The notes under the pieces: generated by a model
What the model was told of the DNA's origin: nothing
The model's database searches: none
What the model saw: only the letters and a program-made list of their open reading frames with translations
In this document: positions 19,003 to 29,455 of the stretch, one piece after another
Numbering within the stretch: position 1 is the stretch's first letter
Layout: each line of letters opens with the position of its first letter
NCBI GenBank assembly: GCA_045630065.1
Contig: JAZQSN010000079.1
Location: forward strand, 7,119-71,118
Origin: Alistipes sp.
Lineage (GTDB): Bacteria > Bacteroidota > Bacteroidia > Bacteroidales > Rikenellaceae
DNA length: 64,000 nucleotides
Direction: 5' to 3'
Position numbers and translations under genes: made by a program

Positions 19003-22000
19003 ATGAATTTTAATCGTTGGGACAAAATCATCGGCTGGAGCGTCTTCGCCATTGCCGCCATCTCATATCTGCTCACGATGGAGCCCTCGTCGAGTTTATG
19101 GGACTGCGCCGAGTTTATCGCTACATCATATAAGTTGGAGGTGGGACACCCTCCCGGGGCACCGTTGTTTATGCTTATGGCACGCATTGCCACAATGTTT
19201 GCGCCTTCGACATACTACGTTCCCCATATGGTAAATGGAATGAACTGCTTGGCGAGCGCTTTCTGCATCTTGTTCCTCTTCTGGACCATCACCCATTTGG
19301 CTCGTCGTATATTTACAGCCAAGGGAGGAGAGTTCACCTCATCTCATAAGATTGCTACGTTGGCATCAGGTGCTGTAGGTGCTTTGGCCTACACATTCAC
19401 CGACACATTCTGGTTCTCGGCTGTAGAGGGTGAGGTATATGCCCTTTCGTCGATGTTTACGGCTCTAGTCGTATGGCTTATGCTAAAATGGGAGGAGCAG
19501 GCCGACGAGCCTCATTCTACACGCTGGATAATTTTGATTGCCTACCTGATGGGCCTCTCTATTGGTGTGCATATCCTCAACCTTTTGACAATTCCTGCAT
19601 TGGTATTCATCTACTACTTCCGCAAGTACGAGAAGATTACGCTCAAGGGTATCTTCTACGCAACACTCATTGCGCTGGCTATCCTTGGCTTTATCAACGG
19701 CATCATCATCCCCTACACCGTTTACTTTGGTGCTATGGTCGATGTGTTCTTCGTAAATGTGTTGGGTCTGCCCGTGAACTTGGGTATTACGGTATTTGCA
19801 TTGGCGCTGTTTGCATCGCTCTTCTATGCCATCTTCCGTACACACCGATTAGGCAAGCGAATGTGGAACCTTATTCTGGTGGCCACCACAATGATTCTTA
19901 TCGGCTTCTCATCATACGCAACGGTTACAATCCGCGCCGTGGCCAATCCGCCAATGAACAGCAACAACCCCAACAATCCGCACGCATTGCTCTCGGTTCT
20001 CAACCGTGACCAATATGGTAACCGTCCGTTGCTCTATGGCCCCTACTACTCGTCGCCCGTTGATGATGTAGAGGAGGAGACATCATATCAGTACAACGCC
20101 GAGACAGGCCGCTACGAACAGGTTACACAGCTCGTTGACTACACCTACCCCTCAGAGTTCCTGCACTTCTTCCCCCGTTTGTGGAACGCAGGTAAGGGTG
20201 AGGATGCATACAAGCCGTGGGCAGCGCACCGCACAAAGATTGACGTACTGCGCGACGAGCAGGGTGAGCCTCTGACCGATGAGCAGGGCAACGTTATGCG
20301 TGGCGAGGTGTTGGATTTCGGTCGCACGGTTTACGACAGCGCTACAGGCGAGCGCTTTACTGAACCCACTTTTGGTGAGAATCTCTACTTCTTCTTCACC
20401 TATCAGTTGAACTATATGTACTGGCGCTACTTCCTATGGAATTTCGTAGGCCGCCAGGACGACATACAGGCCGACGGCGAGACAATCGCTCACGGCAACT
20501 GGCTCTCGGGTGTAACTACACTCGACGAGATTTATCTGGGTCCGCAGAGCGGTTTGCCCGATGAGATGGCGAACAACCCAGCACGCAATACATACTTCTT
20601 CCTGCCGTTCCTGCTCGGTCTGCTGGGTCTTATCTACCAGCTAAACCGCGACCAAAAGAACTTTACCGTAGTGATGTGGTTGTTTATTATGATGGGTATC
20701 GCTCTTGTGGTATACTTCAACACCAGCCCCGGCGAGCCTCGCGAGCGCGACTACGTATATGCAGGTTCGTTCTACGCCTTCTGTATTTGGATTGGTTTGG
20801 GTGTGCTGGCCTTCTACGACCTTATCACCATTGCGTTGGGTGGCAACAAGACTCGCACAGCAGCCATCGCAGCCGGCGTAATGTGTTTGAGTGTACCTAC
20901 GGTGCTTGCCGTTGAGAACTGGGACGACCACGACCGCTCGGGCCGTACGATGTCTCGCGACATAGGATGGAACTATCTGCAGTCGCTACCCCAGAATGCA
21001 ATTCTTATAAACTACGGCGACAACGACACCTTCCCAGTATGGTATAATCAGGAGGTGGATGGCGTGCGTCTCGACGTGCGTATTATGAACTCAAGCTATT
21101 TGGGTGGCGGTTGGTATATCGACGAGATGAAGACTGCAGCCAACGACGCTGCGCCTATTCCGTTCAGTCTGCCCGCAAGCAAATACCACTTCGTAAATGA
21201 TGGTGTGCCCGTGCGTGACCGAGTAGATCGCGTAGTGGATATTAAGGAGATTATCAACTTTATCGAGCGCGAGGATGAGGCCACAAAACTCTCTTTGGTC
21301 GATGGTTCGATGATTGACTATATCCCCGCACGTCGCATAGCAATACCCGTAAACAAGGACAACGCCATTGCCTCTGGCATCGTAAAGGAGGAGGATCGCG
21401 ATTTAATGGTGGATACTGTTTACATCAACATCTCTGAGCGCAAGACACGTCTTGACAAGAGCGAGATGATGTTGCTAGACTTGTTTGCCAACTTCGACTG
21501 GAACCGCCCGATTTGCTTCACTCAGATTTATATTCTACAGGACTTGGGTCTGCTCGACTACTTGCAGTTTGACGGCTATGCTTATCGCTTCGTGCCTATT
21601 CTTACACCTTACCGTTCATCGTGGGAGATTGGTCGCATCGACACCGACGTGGCATATCCTCTGCTCAAGGAGACCTTCCGCTATGGCAACATCGCCCAGG
21701 AGGGTGTGCTGGCCGACCACTTCACGCAGTACAACCTGCGTGCATCACGTGCCCGCGAGGCATTTGCTCGCGTAGCCAAGGCCCTGATAGCCGAGGGTGA
21801 GAAGGAAAAGGCTCTGGAGTTACTCGACCGCGGTCTGGAGGTATTGCCCTCACCTAAGATTCACTACTCGGATGCCAATACCTACCCCTTCATCGAGGGT
21901 TACTATACGCTCGGAGAGTGGGAAAAGGGTGATGAGGTGATGACCAACTATATTGAGACTCTGGTGCAGTATATCGAGTACTATCTGCAGTTTGACGGTG

Positions 22001-22209
22001 TGCAGGCCTCGCTCGTTAGCAACATCATCCACGAGAAGATGTCGAGTCTTTTCGAGTTGTACTACCTTGCGGCTTATGCTCAGCGTAACGACATAGTTCT
22101 TTCGCTCAACGATTACTTCCGCACATTCGGATACACCGACGACGAGCTCATTCAGCCGGGTGCTGATCCCTCGACAATGATTGACGGTTCGACTCTCGAC
22201 CTGAACTAA
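19003..22209 (+). CDS. DUF2723 GT-C-fold membrane glycosyltransferase (TMEM260-like)
   Basis: 'WDCAEFI', 'VGHPPGAP', 'FWFSAVEGEVYA', 'PRERDYVYAGS' and 'GDNDTFP'; multi-TM with a soluble C-terminus. Confidence 0.88.
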   Translation: MNFNRWDKIIGWSVFAIAAISYLLTMEPSSSLWDCAEFIATSYKLEVGHPPGAPLFMLMARIATMFAPSTYYVPHMVNGMNCLASAFCILFLFWTITHLARRIFTAKGGEFTSSHKIATLASGAVGALAYTFTDTFWFSAVEGEVYALSSMFTALVVWLMLKWEEQADEPHSTRWIILIAYLMGLSIGVHILNLLTIPALVFIYYFRKYEKITLKGIFYATLIALAILGFINGIIIPYTVYFGAMVDVFFVNVLGLPVNLGITVFALALFASLFYAIFRTHRLGKRMWNLILVATTMILIGFSSYATVTIRAVANPPMNSNNPNNPHALLSVLNRDQYGNRPLLYGPYYSSPVDDVEEETSYQYNAETGRYEQVTQLVDYTYPSEFLHFFPRLWNAGKGEDAYKPWAAHRTKIDVLRDEQGEPLTDEQGNVMRGEVLDFGRTVYDSATGERFTEPTFGENLYFFFTYQLNYMYWRYFLWNFVGRQDDIQADGETIAHGNWLSGVTTLDEIYLGPQSGLPDEMANNPARNTYFFLPFLLGLLGLIYQLNRDQKNFTVVMWLFIMMGIALVVYFNTSPGEPRERDYVYAGSFYAFCIWIGLGVLAFYDLITIALGGNKTRTAAIAAGVMCLSVPTVLAVENWDDHDRSGRTMSRDIGWNYLQSLPQNAILINYGDNDTFPVWYNQEVDGVRLDVRIMNSSYLGGGWYIDEMKTAANDAAPIPFSLPASKYHFVNDGVPVRDRVDRVVDIKEIINFIEREDEATKLSLVDGSMIDYIPARRIAIPVNKDNAIASGIVKEEDRDLMVDTVYINISERKTRLDKSEMMLLDLFANFDWNRPICFTQIYILQDLGLLDYLQFDGYAYRFVPILTPYRSSWEIGRIDTDVAYPLLKETFRYGNIAQEGVLADHFTQYNLRASRAREAFARVAKALIAEGEKEKALELLDRGLEVLPSPKIHYSDANTYPFIEGYYTLGEWEKGDEVMTNYIETLVQYIEYYLQFDGVQASLVSNIIHEKMSSLFELYYLAAYAQRNDIVLSLNDYFRTFGYTDDELIQPGADPSTMIDGSTLDLN

Positions 22210-22224
22210 CGTAGACGGATAGAT

Positions 22225-23367
22225 ATGAAGTGCTATGCTAAATTAGTCTTACTCTACACCCTTCTGCTGCACTGCGTGGCATGCCACGAGAATCGGACAG
22301 CCAATATGATGGACTTCGATGTAGAGATATATAGCCCAAGCTACGCCACAGGCTTTGCCATTGTGGGAGCCGAGGGATGGCAGAGCAGTATACTTGAGAT
22401 AAACAATCCGTGGCAGGGGGCCGAGGATGTAGTGACTCGCCTCTTCATTGCACGCGACGGAGAGTTGCCCCCCGACGGATTCGATGGACAGGTCATCGAG
22501 GGCAATGCCAGCCGAGTGATATGTATGTCGTCGTCACACGTTGCTATGCTCGACTTTGTGGGCAGAGTGGAGAGCGTAGTGGGCGTGTCGGGTATAGACT
22601 TTATTTCGAACGAATATGTAGCCTCACATCGCGACAAAGTCTTCGACGTAGGCCCAGATAGTGATGCCAATTTTGAGCTGGTCATAGCGCTTGACCCCGA
22701 TATTGTCCTGCTCTATGGCGTGACTGGAGCCTGCGCTATGGAGAACAAACTACGAGAGTTGGGTATCCCCTACGCTTACATTGGAGAATACCTTGAGCAG
22801 GCTCCTTTGGGCAAAAGCGAGTGGCTGATAGCCATTGCCGAGATTGTAGGTTGCCGTGCCGAGGCTGAAACAGCGTTTGCCGAGATTCCACAACGATACA
22901 GGGCTCTGCAGGAGCTGGCCTCAGCAGCCACCACAGCTAAGCCCAAGGTGATGATAAATACGCCATATGCCGACTCTTGGTTTATGGCCTCAACATCGAG
23001 TTACATAGCACGACTGATTGCCGATGCAGGCGGCGACTATATTTATAAACGCAACACATCGAGTAGTTCGCTCCCAATCGACCTTGAGCAGGCTACCCTG
23101 CTAACCTCGGCGGCAGATGTGTGGATTAACGTGGGAAGCATTATATCGCTAGATGATCTGCGTCGTCAGTTCCCCATGTTCAGCGATGTGGAGTGCGTAC
23201 GTAACGGCTCGGTATACAACTGCGATAGGCGTAGCAGCGTGGGTGGAGGCAACGACTTCTGGGAGTCAGGTGTCGTCTATCCCGACATTATTCTGCGCGA
23301 TTTGATTAAGATTTTTCACCCCGAGCTCATCAGTAACGAGTTTGTATATTACCGCCGTTTAGAGTAA
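22225..23367 (+). CDS. ABC transporter substrate-binding lipoprotein, BtuF/iron-siderophore class
   Basis: Lipobox-like 'CVAC', 'RVICMSSSH', 'EYLEQAPLGKSEW' and 'DFWESGVVYPDIILRDLIKIFHP'. Confidence 0.85.
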   Translation: MKCYAKLVLLYTLLLHCVACHENRTANMMDFDVEIYSPSYATGFAIVGAEGWQSSILEINNPWQGAEDVVTRLFIARDGELPPDGFDGQVIEGNASRVICMSSSHVAMLDFVGRVESVVGVSGIDFISNEYVASHRDKVFDVGPDSDANFELVIALDPDIVLLYGVTGACAMENKLRELGIPYAYIGEYLEQAPLGKSEWLIAIAEIVGCRAEAETAFAEIPQRYRALQELASAATTAKPKVMINTPYADSWFMASTSSYIARLIADAGGDYIYKRNTSSSSLPIDLEQATLLTSAADVWINVGSIISLDDLRRQFPMFSDVECVRNGSVYNCDRRSSVGGGNDFWESGVVYPDIILRDLIKIFHPELISNEFVYYRRLE

Positions 23368-23428
23368 GCCATTCGGGCTAAAAAGAGGATTTTTAGGCTT
23401 ATGGCATAAACTCGTGGGCATAGAGCAA

Positions 23429-23468
23429 TAAAGAGACTGCTAACAACTCGTGTTAAGTAGTCTCTTTT
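23429..23468 (+). terminator. Intrinsic terminator after the substrate-binding protein gene
   Basis: Stem aagagactgc.taaca/tgtta.gtagtctctt followed by T residues. Confidence 0.6.
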
Positions 23469-23503
23469 CGTTTATCCCTATACTAAATACCATTGGGAGA
23501 TAA

Positions 23504-23537
23504 CAAAAAAAGCGACAGAAAATCTGTCGCTCAAAAA
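23504..23537 (-). terminator. Intrinsic terminator downstream of tRNA-Arg
   Basis: Minus strand agcgacaga-ttt-tctgtcgct followed by a T run. Confidence 0.7.
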
Positions 23538-23551
23538 GGCCGTAGCCAAGG

Positions 23552-23625
23552 TGATCCCGGCGGGATTCGAACCCACGACCCACAGCTTAGAAGGCTGTTG
23601 CTCTATCCAACTGAGCTACGGGACC
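23552..23625 (-). tRNA. tRNA-Arg (anticodon TCT)
   Basis: GGTCCCGTAGCTCAGTTGGATAGAGCAACAGCCTTCTAAGCTGTGGGTCGTGGGTTCGAATCCCGCCGGGATCA folds as a cloverleaf; CCA not encoded. Confidence 0.97.
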
Positions 23626-23659
23626 ATCACATATAAGCCCACTAAAGGCTTTTGCGTCG

Positions 23660-23667
23660 CAAAAATA
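23660..23667 (-). promoter_or_regulatory. -7 promoter element for tRNA-Arg
   Basis: TATTTTTG about 35 nt upstream of the tRNA. Confidence 0.55.
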
Positions 23668-23805
23668 AATCTTTTATTTCTTTTATCCAAAAAAAGCGGC
23701 ATATTACTCCAATTTTCCTCTTCATAGTGCCCCTATTTTACCGATGTGGCATATAATCCTCAACGCCATCACCTATTCTACAACACTCTCGAGCCCACCC
23801 ACAAC

Positions 23806-23841
23806 AAAAAAAAGAGTTCAGCCAATTGGCCGAACTCTTTT
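23806..23841 (-). terminator. Intrinsic terminator after the PpiD-like gene
   Basis: Inverted repeat aaagagttc.gcca/tggc.gaactcttt with a T run on the minus strand. Confidence 0.75.
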
Positions 23842-23881
23842 ATCATATCGAGCAATCGCAGATTGCTAAATGTTCAATTGA

Positions 23882-25909
23882 TTAAAAATACTGACCGCGC
23901 AAGTCCTCAATGTTACCCATATTCTGGAATGCAATTGAAGCAAGCTGATAAGCGTTATTCTCGAGAGTTGCCTGCTGGCGAACCTGCTCAGCCTCAGGAG
24001 TCTGAGTCTCATTCTTAACAATCTCGTCAACTACGAATACTACGGCATTAGAGTAGCCCTTAATAGGAGCAGATACCTGGCCTGTAGTAGCGGTAGTTGC
24101 AATAGAACCTGACAAGTGGGGCTCCAAAGGCAATGAAGCTACACCATAGTCGTTCATTTTAACATTTGAGAAAGGTACTACCTCAACACCTGCAGACTTA
24201 GCTACCTCGTCGATAGAAGAGCCAACGAGCTTAGCCTTCAAAACCTCGTACTTCTTATCACGAATCAAGTTCTCGCGAATCATATCGCTAACCTCTGAAA
24301 CGGGGAGATACTCAGAATCGTCAATTGCAGTAAGCATGGCAACAACGTATGTATTACCCAATGTGAAGATCTCAGAGATATCCTGAACATCCGTGCCATA
24401 AGCCCAACGTACAACCTCGTGTGAGCTCTCAAGGCCCAAGATTGAACGCTCGCCCTGTGCAATACGAGCATTGCGGGGAGTAACGGCAGCAGCAGTAGCA
24501 GCAGCGTTGAACTTATCGAATGAACCCTTGCCATCAACAGCGAAGATGCTTGCCTGATTGTGAATATCACGGCGAGTAGCTGAAGATGCCTCAACGGGGA
24601 TATTGATAGTACCAACCAAAACGTGCTTCTTAGCAGCATCGGTACGAGTAACCTTGATAATCTGAGTAACGCCAGATACGGTAACTTTTACAACCTCACC
24701 CTTCTTAGCTGTTGCCAAAGGCTCAGCCAACTCAGGAGTAAGAGCAGAGAAAGGAACAACACCAATCTCACCACCCATCTGTGCAGAAGCTGCATATGAA
24801 GAGTGATTGCGAGCAACCTCAGCAAAATCGGCACCACCCTTAACAGCATTGTAGAGGCTATCGATCAACTCGGTCTGAGTAGCGTCCAAAACGATGTGGC
24901 TCAAGCCTATTGAGTCGGGAGCCATCTTAGTATCGATAGCGCGGGACATTACCCACTCGTTAGACTTCAATACGGGACCATACTGCTCGCCATTGAGCAA
25001 TACCTGCTCCTCCTCTGACAACTGATCGGCGTTAGCATAAGCAGTTGCAACAGTACCCATATTCTTGCGGATGAATGCGCGTACGTCCTCGGCAGCAGCA
25101 AACTCCTCGCCCATAGTCTTAGCCTTGTTCTCGATCTCGAGCATATCGTCTGATGTAGGCTCTACATCGAATACAACGTAAGAGATAGCACGATAAGGCG
25201 CCTTAGTGTAGAGGTTCTTGTGTGCGTTGTAGTAGTTATTGATCTCAGCGTCGCTAACCTCGATAGTAGAGTTGTCGATGCTGTTGTAGGGCAGAACAAC
25301 CATACGACCGTTGCGGCTCTCGTTAGATGCAGTTACACCCTGAGCAACCTCCAACTTGTTAGCGAAGGTACCAGCCTTAACCAGACCCATAAACTTCGAC
25401 ATCAAACGCTCAGCTGTAGCCTGCTCGTTCAAATATGACCACATTGTCTGATACTCGGGCATTGAGCTAACCTGTGCCAAGAATGATGTAACAGCCTGTA
25501 CATCGTAAGCACCTGTTGTGGGATCAGCAAATGAAGAGTAGAAAGCCTGTGACAAATGCTCACCGCTAATCATCGACATACGCTCCTTCTCTGTTACATC
25601 CAAACCAGCCTGCTGGAGGTTGGGAGTAAACAAGGTCTTGGTAATGAGTGAACGCCATACTGCAGTAGCCAAAGCGTCAGACTCAGCCTCGGTAGACTCA
25701 GCAGCGCCTGTGAAACTCTTCACAGCCTCGTACTCGTTCAAATAATCAGTGTAGCTAATGGTTGTACCATCGATCTCGCCCACCTTGGGGTCGTTGTTAC
25801 CGAAACCCATCTCAGGGCCGAGTGAAATGATAAATGCCAAAAGCGCAAGAATGATAACAACCGACAGGATGATACCATACTTCGTTCTTAAAGTGTTTAG
25901 ACTTGCCAT
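23882..25909 (-). CDS. PpiD-like periplasmic chaperone (SurA N-terminal domain plus parvulin PPIase)
   Basis: 'MASLNTLR' plus an N-terminal TM anchor; parvulin-like 'SHIVL...ADFAEVARNHS...GGEIG'. Confidence 0.85.
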   Translation of the reverse strand: MASLNTLRTKYGIILSVVIILALLAFIISLGPEMGFGNNDPKVGEIDGTTISYTDYLNEYEAVKSFTGAAESTEAESDALATAVWRSLITKTLFTPNLQQAGLDVTEKERMSMISGEHLSQAFYSSFADPTTGAYDVQAVTSFLAQVSSMPEYQTMWSYLNEQATAERLMSKFMGLVKAGTFANKLEVAQGVTASNESRNGRMVVLPYNSIDNSTIEVSDAEINNYYNAHKNLYTKAPYRAISYVVFDVEPTSDDMLEIENKAKTMGEEFAAAEDVRAFIRKNMGTVATAYANADQLSEEEQVLLNGEQYGPVLKSNEWVMSRAIDTKMAPDSIGLSHIVLDATQTELIDSLYNAVKGGADFAEVARNHSSYAASAQMGGEIGVVPFSALTPELAEPLATAKKGEVVKVTVSGVTQIIKVTRTDAAKKHVLVGTINIPVEASSATRRDIHNQASIFAVDGKGSFDKFNAAATAAAVTPRNARIAQGERSILGLESSHEVVRWAYGTDVQDISEIFTLGNTYVVAMLTAIDDSEYLPVSEVSDMIRENLIRDKKYEVLKAKLVGSSIDEVAKSAGVEVVPFSNVKMNDYGVASLPLEPHLSGSIATTATTGQVSAPIKGYSNAVVFVVDEIVKNETQTPEAEQVRQQATLENNAYQLASIAFQNMGNIEDLRGQYF

Positions 25910-25952
25910 AAAAAATTATTGTTATTATTTTATATATCTAAAATTGAGCCAC

Positions 25953-25960
25953 CAAAGATA
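25953..25960 (-). promoter_or_regulatory. -7 promoter element for the PpiD-like gene
   Basis: TATCTTTG on the minus strand. Confidence 0.55.
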
Positions 25961-26002
25961 GTAAATTTATTCTAAATGACCATATTATTAGCCATAATTT
26001 TG

Positions 26003-27277
26003 TCATCGCTTTTTCACGCGAGCCAATTCCACGCGAGTGCGGGTCGAGCGAAGCACCTTGATTTCCAACTCACCGGCGTCGATAATAGTACCCGACGAGG
26101 GTATGCCATCGTACAGGGCAATGATATATCCAGCCAGAGTATCATACTCGTCACTCTCCTCAATATCAAGTCCATAGCGTTCGTTTAGATACTCCACCTC
26201 AAGGCGACACGAGAGCACATACTCGCTTTCATTCACCTGCTTCTCGATATCGTCCGCAACATCGTGCTCATCTTCGATATCACCGAAAATCTGCTCCAAC
26301 ACATCCTCCATAGATATGATACCAGCCGTGCCTCCGAACTCGTCCAACACCACCGCTACACTCGCCTTGCGCTTGATAAAGTGCTGAAGCAGCATCTGCA
26401 ATGGCATAGTCTCGGCTACATACTCGACCTTCATCAGTACCTGCTCTACCGAGGTCGGATTGTTAAACAGACTCTTCGAATTTACATATCCTACTATTGT
26501 ATCTATCGAGTCGCGCCATACAAATATGCGCGAATATTTCGACTCGACGAAGCGTGAAGTAAGCTCCTCGATTGAAATATTGATATCTACCGCCTCAACG
26601 TCTACACGCGAAATCATACAATCTCGCACACGCAAATCGGCAAAATCGAGGGCATTTTGGAACAACTTGATCTCATCCTCATCCTCCTGCTGCAGCTCTA
26701 CGCTATCGCTATCAACCAGGTCAACCAAGTCCTCACGGTTGAAGGTAGTATCTGCGACACCTCCCTTAGGCTTACGGCCACATAGGCGGAGAATTGCGTA
26801 CGATATTCCCGTAGTAAAGATAGCCAAAGGGTATAGAAACAAATAGAAGCAATAGAGCAGCGGAGAGAAGATCTTATAATAGAAATTAGGGTTATTCTTG
26901 ATAATGGACTTGGGCAAAAACTCTCCACAGAAGAGAATCACAACGGTCGAGGCTATTGTCTCAAAAAGTACCGAGCCCTGCGTTGCCATTGCATCCCACC
27001 CTATTGCGGCTGCCACCATACGCAGCATAATCGACATATAGAGCGAGTAGATTACAAGGCATATATTATTACCGACCAAGATAGTGGTAATGTATTGTCC
27101 CGAGCGACGTTCGAACAATTGGGCAATAAAATCGAACACAGGACTCTGCTTACGATCTATCTCCTCACGCAAACGATTTTTGCTCAAGAAAGCAATCTCC
27201 ATTCCAGAGAAGAATGCCGACAAGAGCAACATAACACATATTACTATGAGAGAATTTATCAAATTTGCCGATTCCAT
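26003..27277 (-). CDS. Hemolysin family CNNM/CBS/CorC-HlyC transporter
   Basis: 'SAFFSGMEIAF', 'TILVGNN', 'GEFLPK', CBS pair 'VLDEFGGTAGIISMEDVLEQIFGDIEDEHD' and 'YDTLAGYI'. Confidence 0.92.
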   Translation of the reverse strand: MESANLINSLIVICVMLLLSAFFSGMEIAFLSKNRLREEIDRKQSPVFDFIAQLFERRSGQYITTILVGNNICLVIYSLYMSIMLRMVAAAIGWDAMATQGSVLFETIASTVVILFCGEFLPKSIIKNNPNFYYKIFSPLLYCFYLFLYPLAIFTTGISYAILRLCGRKPKGGVADTTFNREDLVDLVDSDSVELQQEDEDEIKLFQNALDFADLRVRDCMISRVDVEAVDINISIEELTSRFVESKYSRIFVWRDSIDTIVGYVNSKSLFNNPTSVEQVLMKVEYVAETMPLQMLLQHFIKRKASVAVVLDEFGGTAGIISMEDVLEQIFGDIEDEHDVADDIEKQVNESEYVLSCRLEVEYLNERYGLDIEESDEYDTLAGYIIALYDGIPSSGTIIDAGELEIKVLRSTRTRVELARVKKR

Positions 27278-27286
27278 ATCGTCCGA

Positions 27287-28027
27287 TTATAGGGTTTCAG
27301 GCGCCGTGCGCTCTCTATTTCTCGCCGGCACAGCACGCTCAGAGCGTCGCGTGGGACGAGAAGTCTGCGTAGAACGACGTGAGACATTTGAGCGAGGAGT
27401 GTCCTTGGGGTCAACCTTCTCGGCCGAAGATTCGGCGCTGACATCGCTGCGCTTCTCCAGCTGCTTTTCATTGACATAGGTCACACCCTTAAGCTTGCGG
27501 TAGGTCCAATCCTTCATCTGCTCGTCGCTCTCGAAGCCCTCGCAATGGTGTACCTCGTCGCCATCGACAAGTTTCGAATCGACATTCGAATAGACTCTGT
27601 GAGTAGCCTGATTCCAAAAGAGCTGCGAGGTAAAGAGTTGACGACCGTCGGAGTTTGTAGCTACGACATCGCCCTTGACCTCCCACAACTTACGATCCTC
27701 ATAAAAGATGGCATAGTTAGCCACCAGTGAAGCTGATTCGGCACCCGTATCACTATCAAAAAGGGTAATCTTTATGCCCTTACGGAACTCGCGATAGGGA
27801 TCACGCGCCAAACCATATCCCTCCATCATTGGAGTAGTGAAATGATACGACTTACGCCCATTCTCCGACATAGTAATGGAGAGATTTTCGCTATACTCGG
27901 TCATAACGACCTCAGTAGAGCTACTCGGCACCACTTTGGGAGCTTTCTCACAAGAGAATAGCAAGATAGCACTCCCAACAAGTGGGAGTGCTACCGCTAA
28001 ATATCGTCTGAGCGAACGTATCAACAT
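27287..28027 (-). CDS. lptC: LPS export periplasmic protein LptC
   Basis: Lipoprotein-like N-terminus; beta-jellyroll 'LWEVKGDVV', 'LFTSQLFWNQ' and 'GFESD'; low-complexity basic tail; typical Bacteroidota context. Confidence 0.8.
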   Translation of the reverse strand: MLIRSLRRYLAVALPLVGSAILLFSCEKAPKVVPSSSTEVVMTEYSENLSITMSENGRKSYHFTTPMMEGYGLARDPYREFRKGIKITLFDSDTGAESASLVANYAIFYEDRKLWEVKGDVVATNSDGRQLFTSQLFWNQATHRVYSNVDSKLVDGDEVHHCEGFESDEQMKDWTYRKLKGVTYVNEKQLEKRSDVSAESSAEKVDPKDTPRSNVSRRSTQTSRPTRRSERAVPARNRERTAPETL

Positions 28028-28036
28028 CGCACAAAA

Positions 28037-29377
28037 TTATCTGTAACGAACAGTTGTGCTAACACCGCTAGCGTAACCCTTAGTGATGGTGTAGCGAGCG
28101 CCAGCAGTAACCTCGTTGAAGAAGCACTCCTCCTTAGTGGGGAATGAACCGCGATATGCAGATGCCATCTTCTTAGCAGCCTCCTGGATTGCGGGCTCAG
28201 CGCCGAGCAACTCAATAGCCTGGTTCATAGCATCGTAAGCAGCCCAGTAGCCAGCCTGTGCAGTGAAGTCACCACTTGCAGTAGCAGCGTAGCACTGACC
28301 CATAATGTAGGGAGCGTAACCATTCTCGGGCTCGAGAGACTTAATCTCCTTAGCAGCGTTCATAGCGTTAGCGTGGTCGCCAGTCTGGATGCTGATAAGA
28401 CCAATACGAACATACAACTTAGCGCGCTCAGCGTTGTCGCTCTCAGCAGCCAAAGCCTCGTTCAAATACTTCATAGCCTTATCGAACTCGCTACGACCCT
28501 GGAAGCCCTGTGCAAGGAACAATGCAGTCTCTGAAGAGGGCTTGATAGAGTAGAACTTCTCAGCAGTGTTGAAGAAGAAGTCGCTGTTACAATTAGCACG
28601 TGACATCAAAGATACAGCCTGACCAAGCAAAGCCTCATCCTCGGGCTTCTCAGCCAACTTCTTAGAGAAGAGTGACTCCAAGTTCTCGCAGCTAGCAGCA
28701 CCTGATGCACCGAAAGCAGTGTCGAACTGGTTCTTCAACTCAGCAGCAGCACCCTCAGCACCCTCGAACAAAGGAGAGAAACGATCGTACTCTGAGATAA
28801 CAGATGTAGCGTCAACCAAGTTATTCTTGTAGTCCTCGCAGAGGTTAGAGAAATAGATAGCTACCAACTCCTGATCAGCCTTACCGTTCTTCTCCTCGGT
28901 AGCAGCGATAGCCTCAGAGAAGATCTTGCGAACACCCTCGCGATCCTCGGGCTTGTAGGTGAGGTACTCACGAGCCTTACGATCGAGGATGTAAGCCTTA
29001 CCGTAACGTGAGTGGTCAGCGAAAGCCTGCAAACGTACATCGTAAACGATCATCAAAGAGTCGATGTAAACGTTGCGCTGCTCATCGGTCTTAGCAGTAT
29101 TGATAAGGGTCTTGTACAACTTGATACCATTAGTGTAGATACCCTGAGCACCCTTGGGAGCCTGCTCCAACAACTGCTTCAAGTAACCAGCAGCAGCCTT
29201 ATACTCCTTGTTGTCAACCGACTCCTTAAGGAACTGGTTAGCGAGCATATTAGACTCACGCTGCTTAGCGTTCTCACCCCATACTGCGTAGCGGGGATCA
29301 TCGTAGTTCACCTGTGCCATTGCTGAAAAACCCATCACTGCAAAAGCAACTGCCAAAATCAATTTCAAACTTTTCAT
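28037..29377 (-). CDS. Secreted tetratricopeptide-repeat protein
   Basis: Signal peptide and helical TPR-like repeats; C-terminal 'FPTKEECFF...TTVRYR'. Strong codon bias suggests high expression. Confidence 0.75.
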   Translation of the reverse strand: MKSLKLILAVAFAVMGFSAMAQVNYDDPRYAVWGENAKQRESNMLANQFLKESVDNKEYKAAAGYLKQLLEQAPKGAQGIYTNGIKLYKTLINTAKTDEQRNVYIDSLMIVYDVRLQAFADHSRYGKAYILDRKAREYLTYKPEDREGVRKIFSEAIAATEEKNGKADQELVAIYFSNLCEDYKNNLVDATSVISEYDRFSPLFEGAEGAAAELKNQFDTAFGASGAASCENLESLFSKKLAEKPEDEALLGQAVSLMSRANCNSDFFFNTAEKFYSIKPSSETALFLAQGFQGRSEFDKAMKYLNEALAAESDNAERAKLYVRIGLISIQTGDHANAMNAAKEIKSLEPENGYAPYIMGQCYAATASGDFTAQAGYWAAYDAMNQAIELLGAEPAIQEAAKKMASAYRGSFPTKEECFFNEVTAGARYTITKGYASGVSTTVRYR

Positions 29378-29455
29378 TGTAATCAAAGGTTTATTAGTAT
29401 TTAGTTATTTTTTATGAATTTTCAATTTCTCGTTCTCCAACTTGGGTCATTGGTT

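Noticed and set aside
23367-23625. tRNA-Arg as an integration site for a genomic island
   Set aside because: I saw no integrase and no duplicate of the tRNA 3' end, and the flanking genes look like ordinary chromosome.
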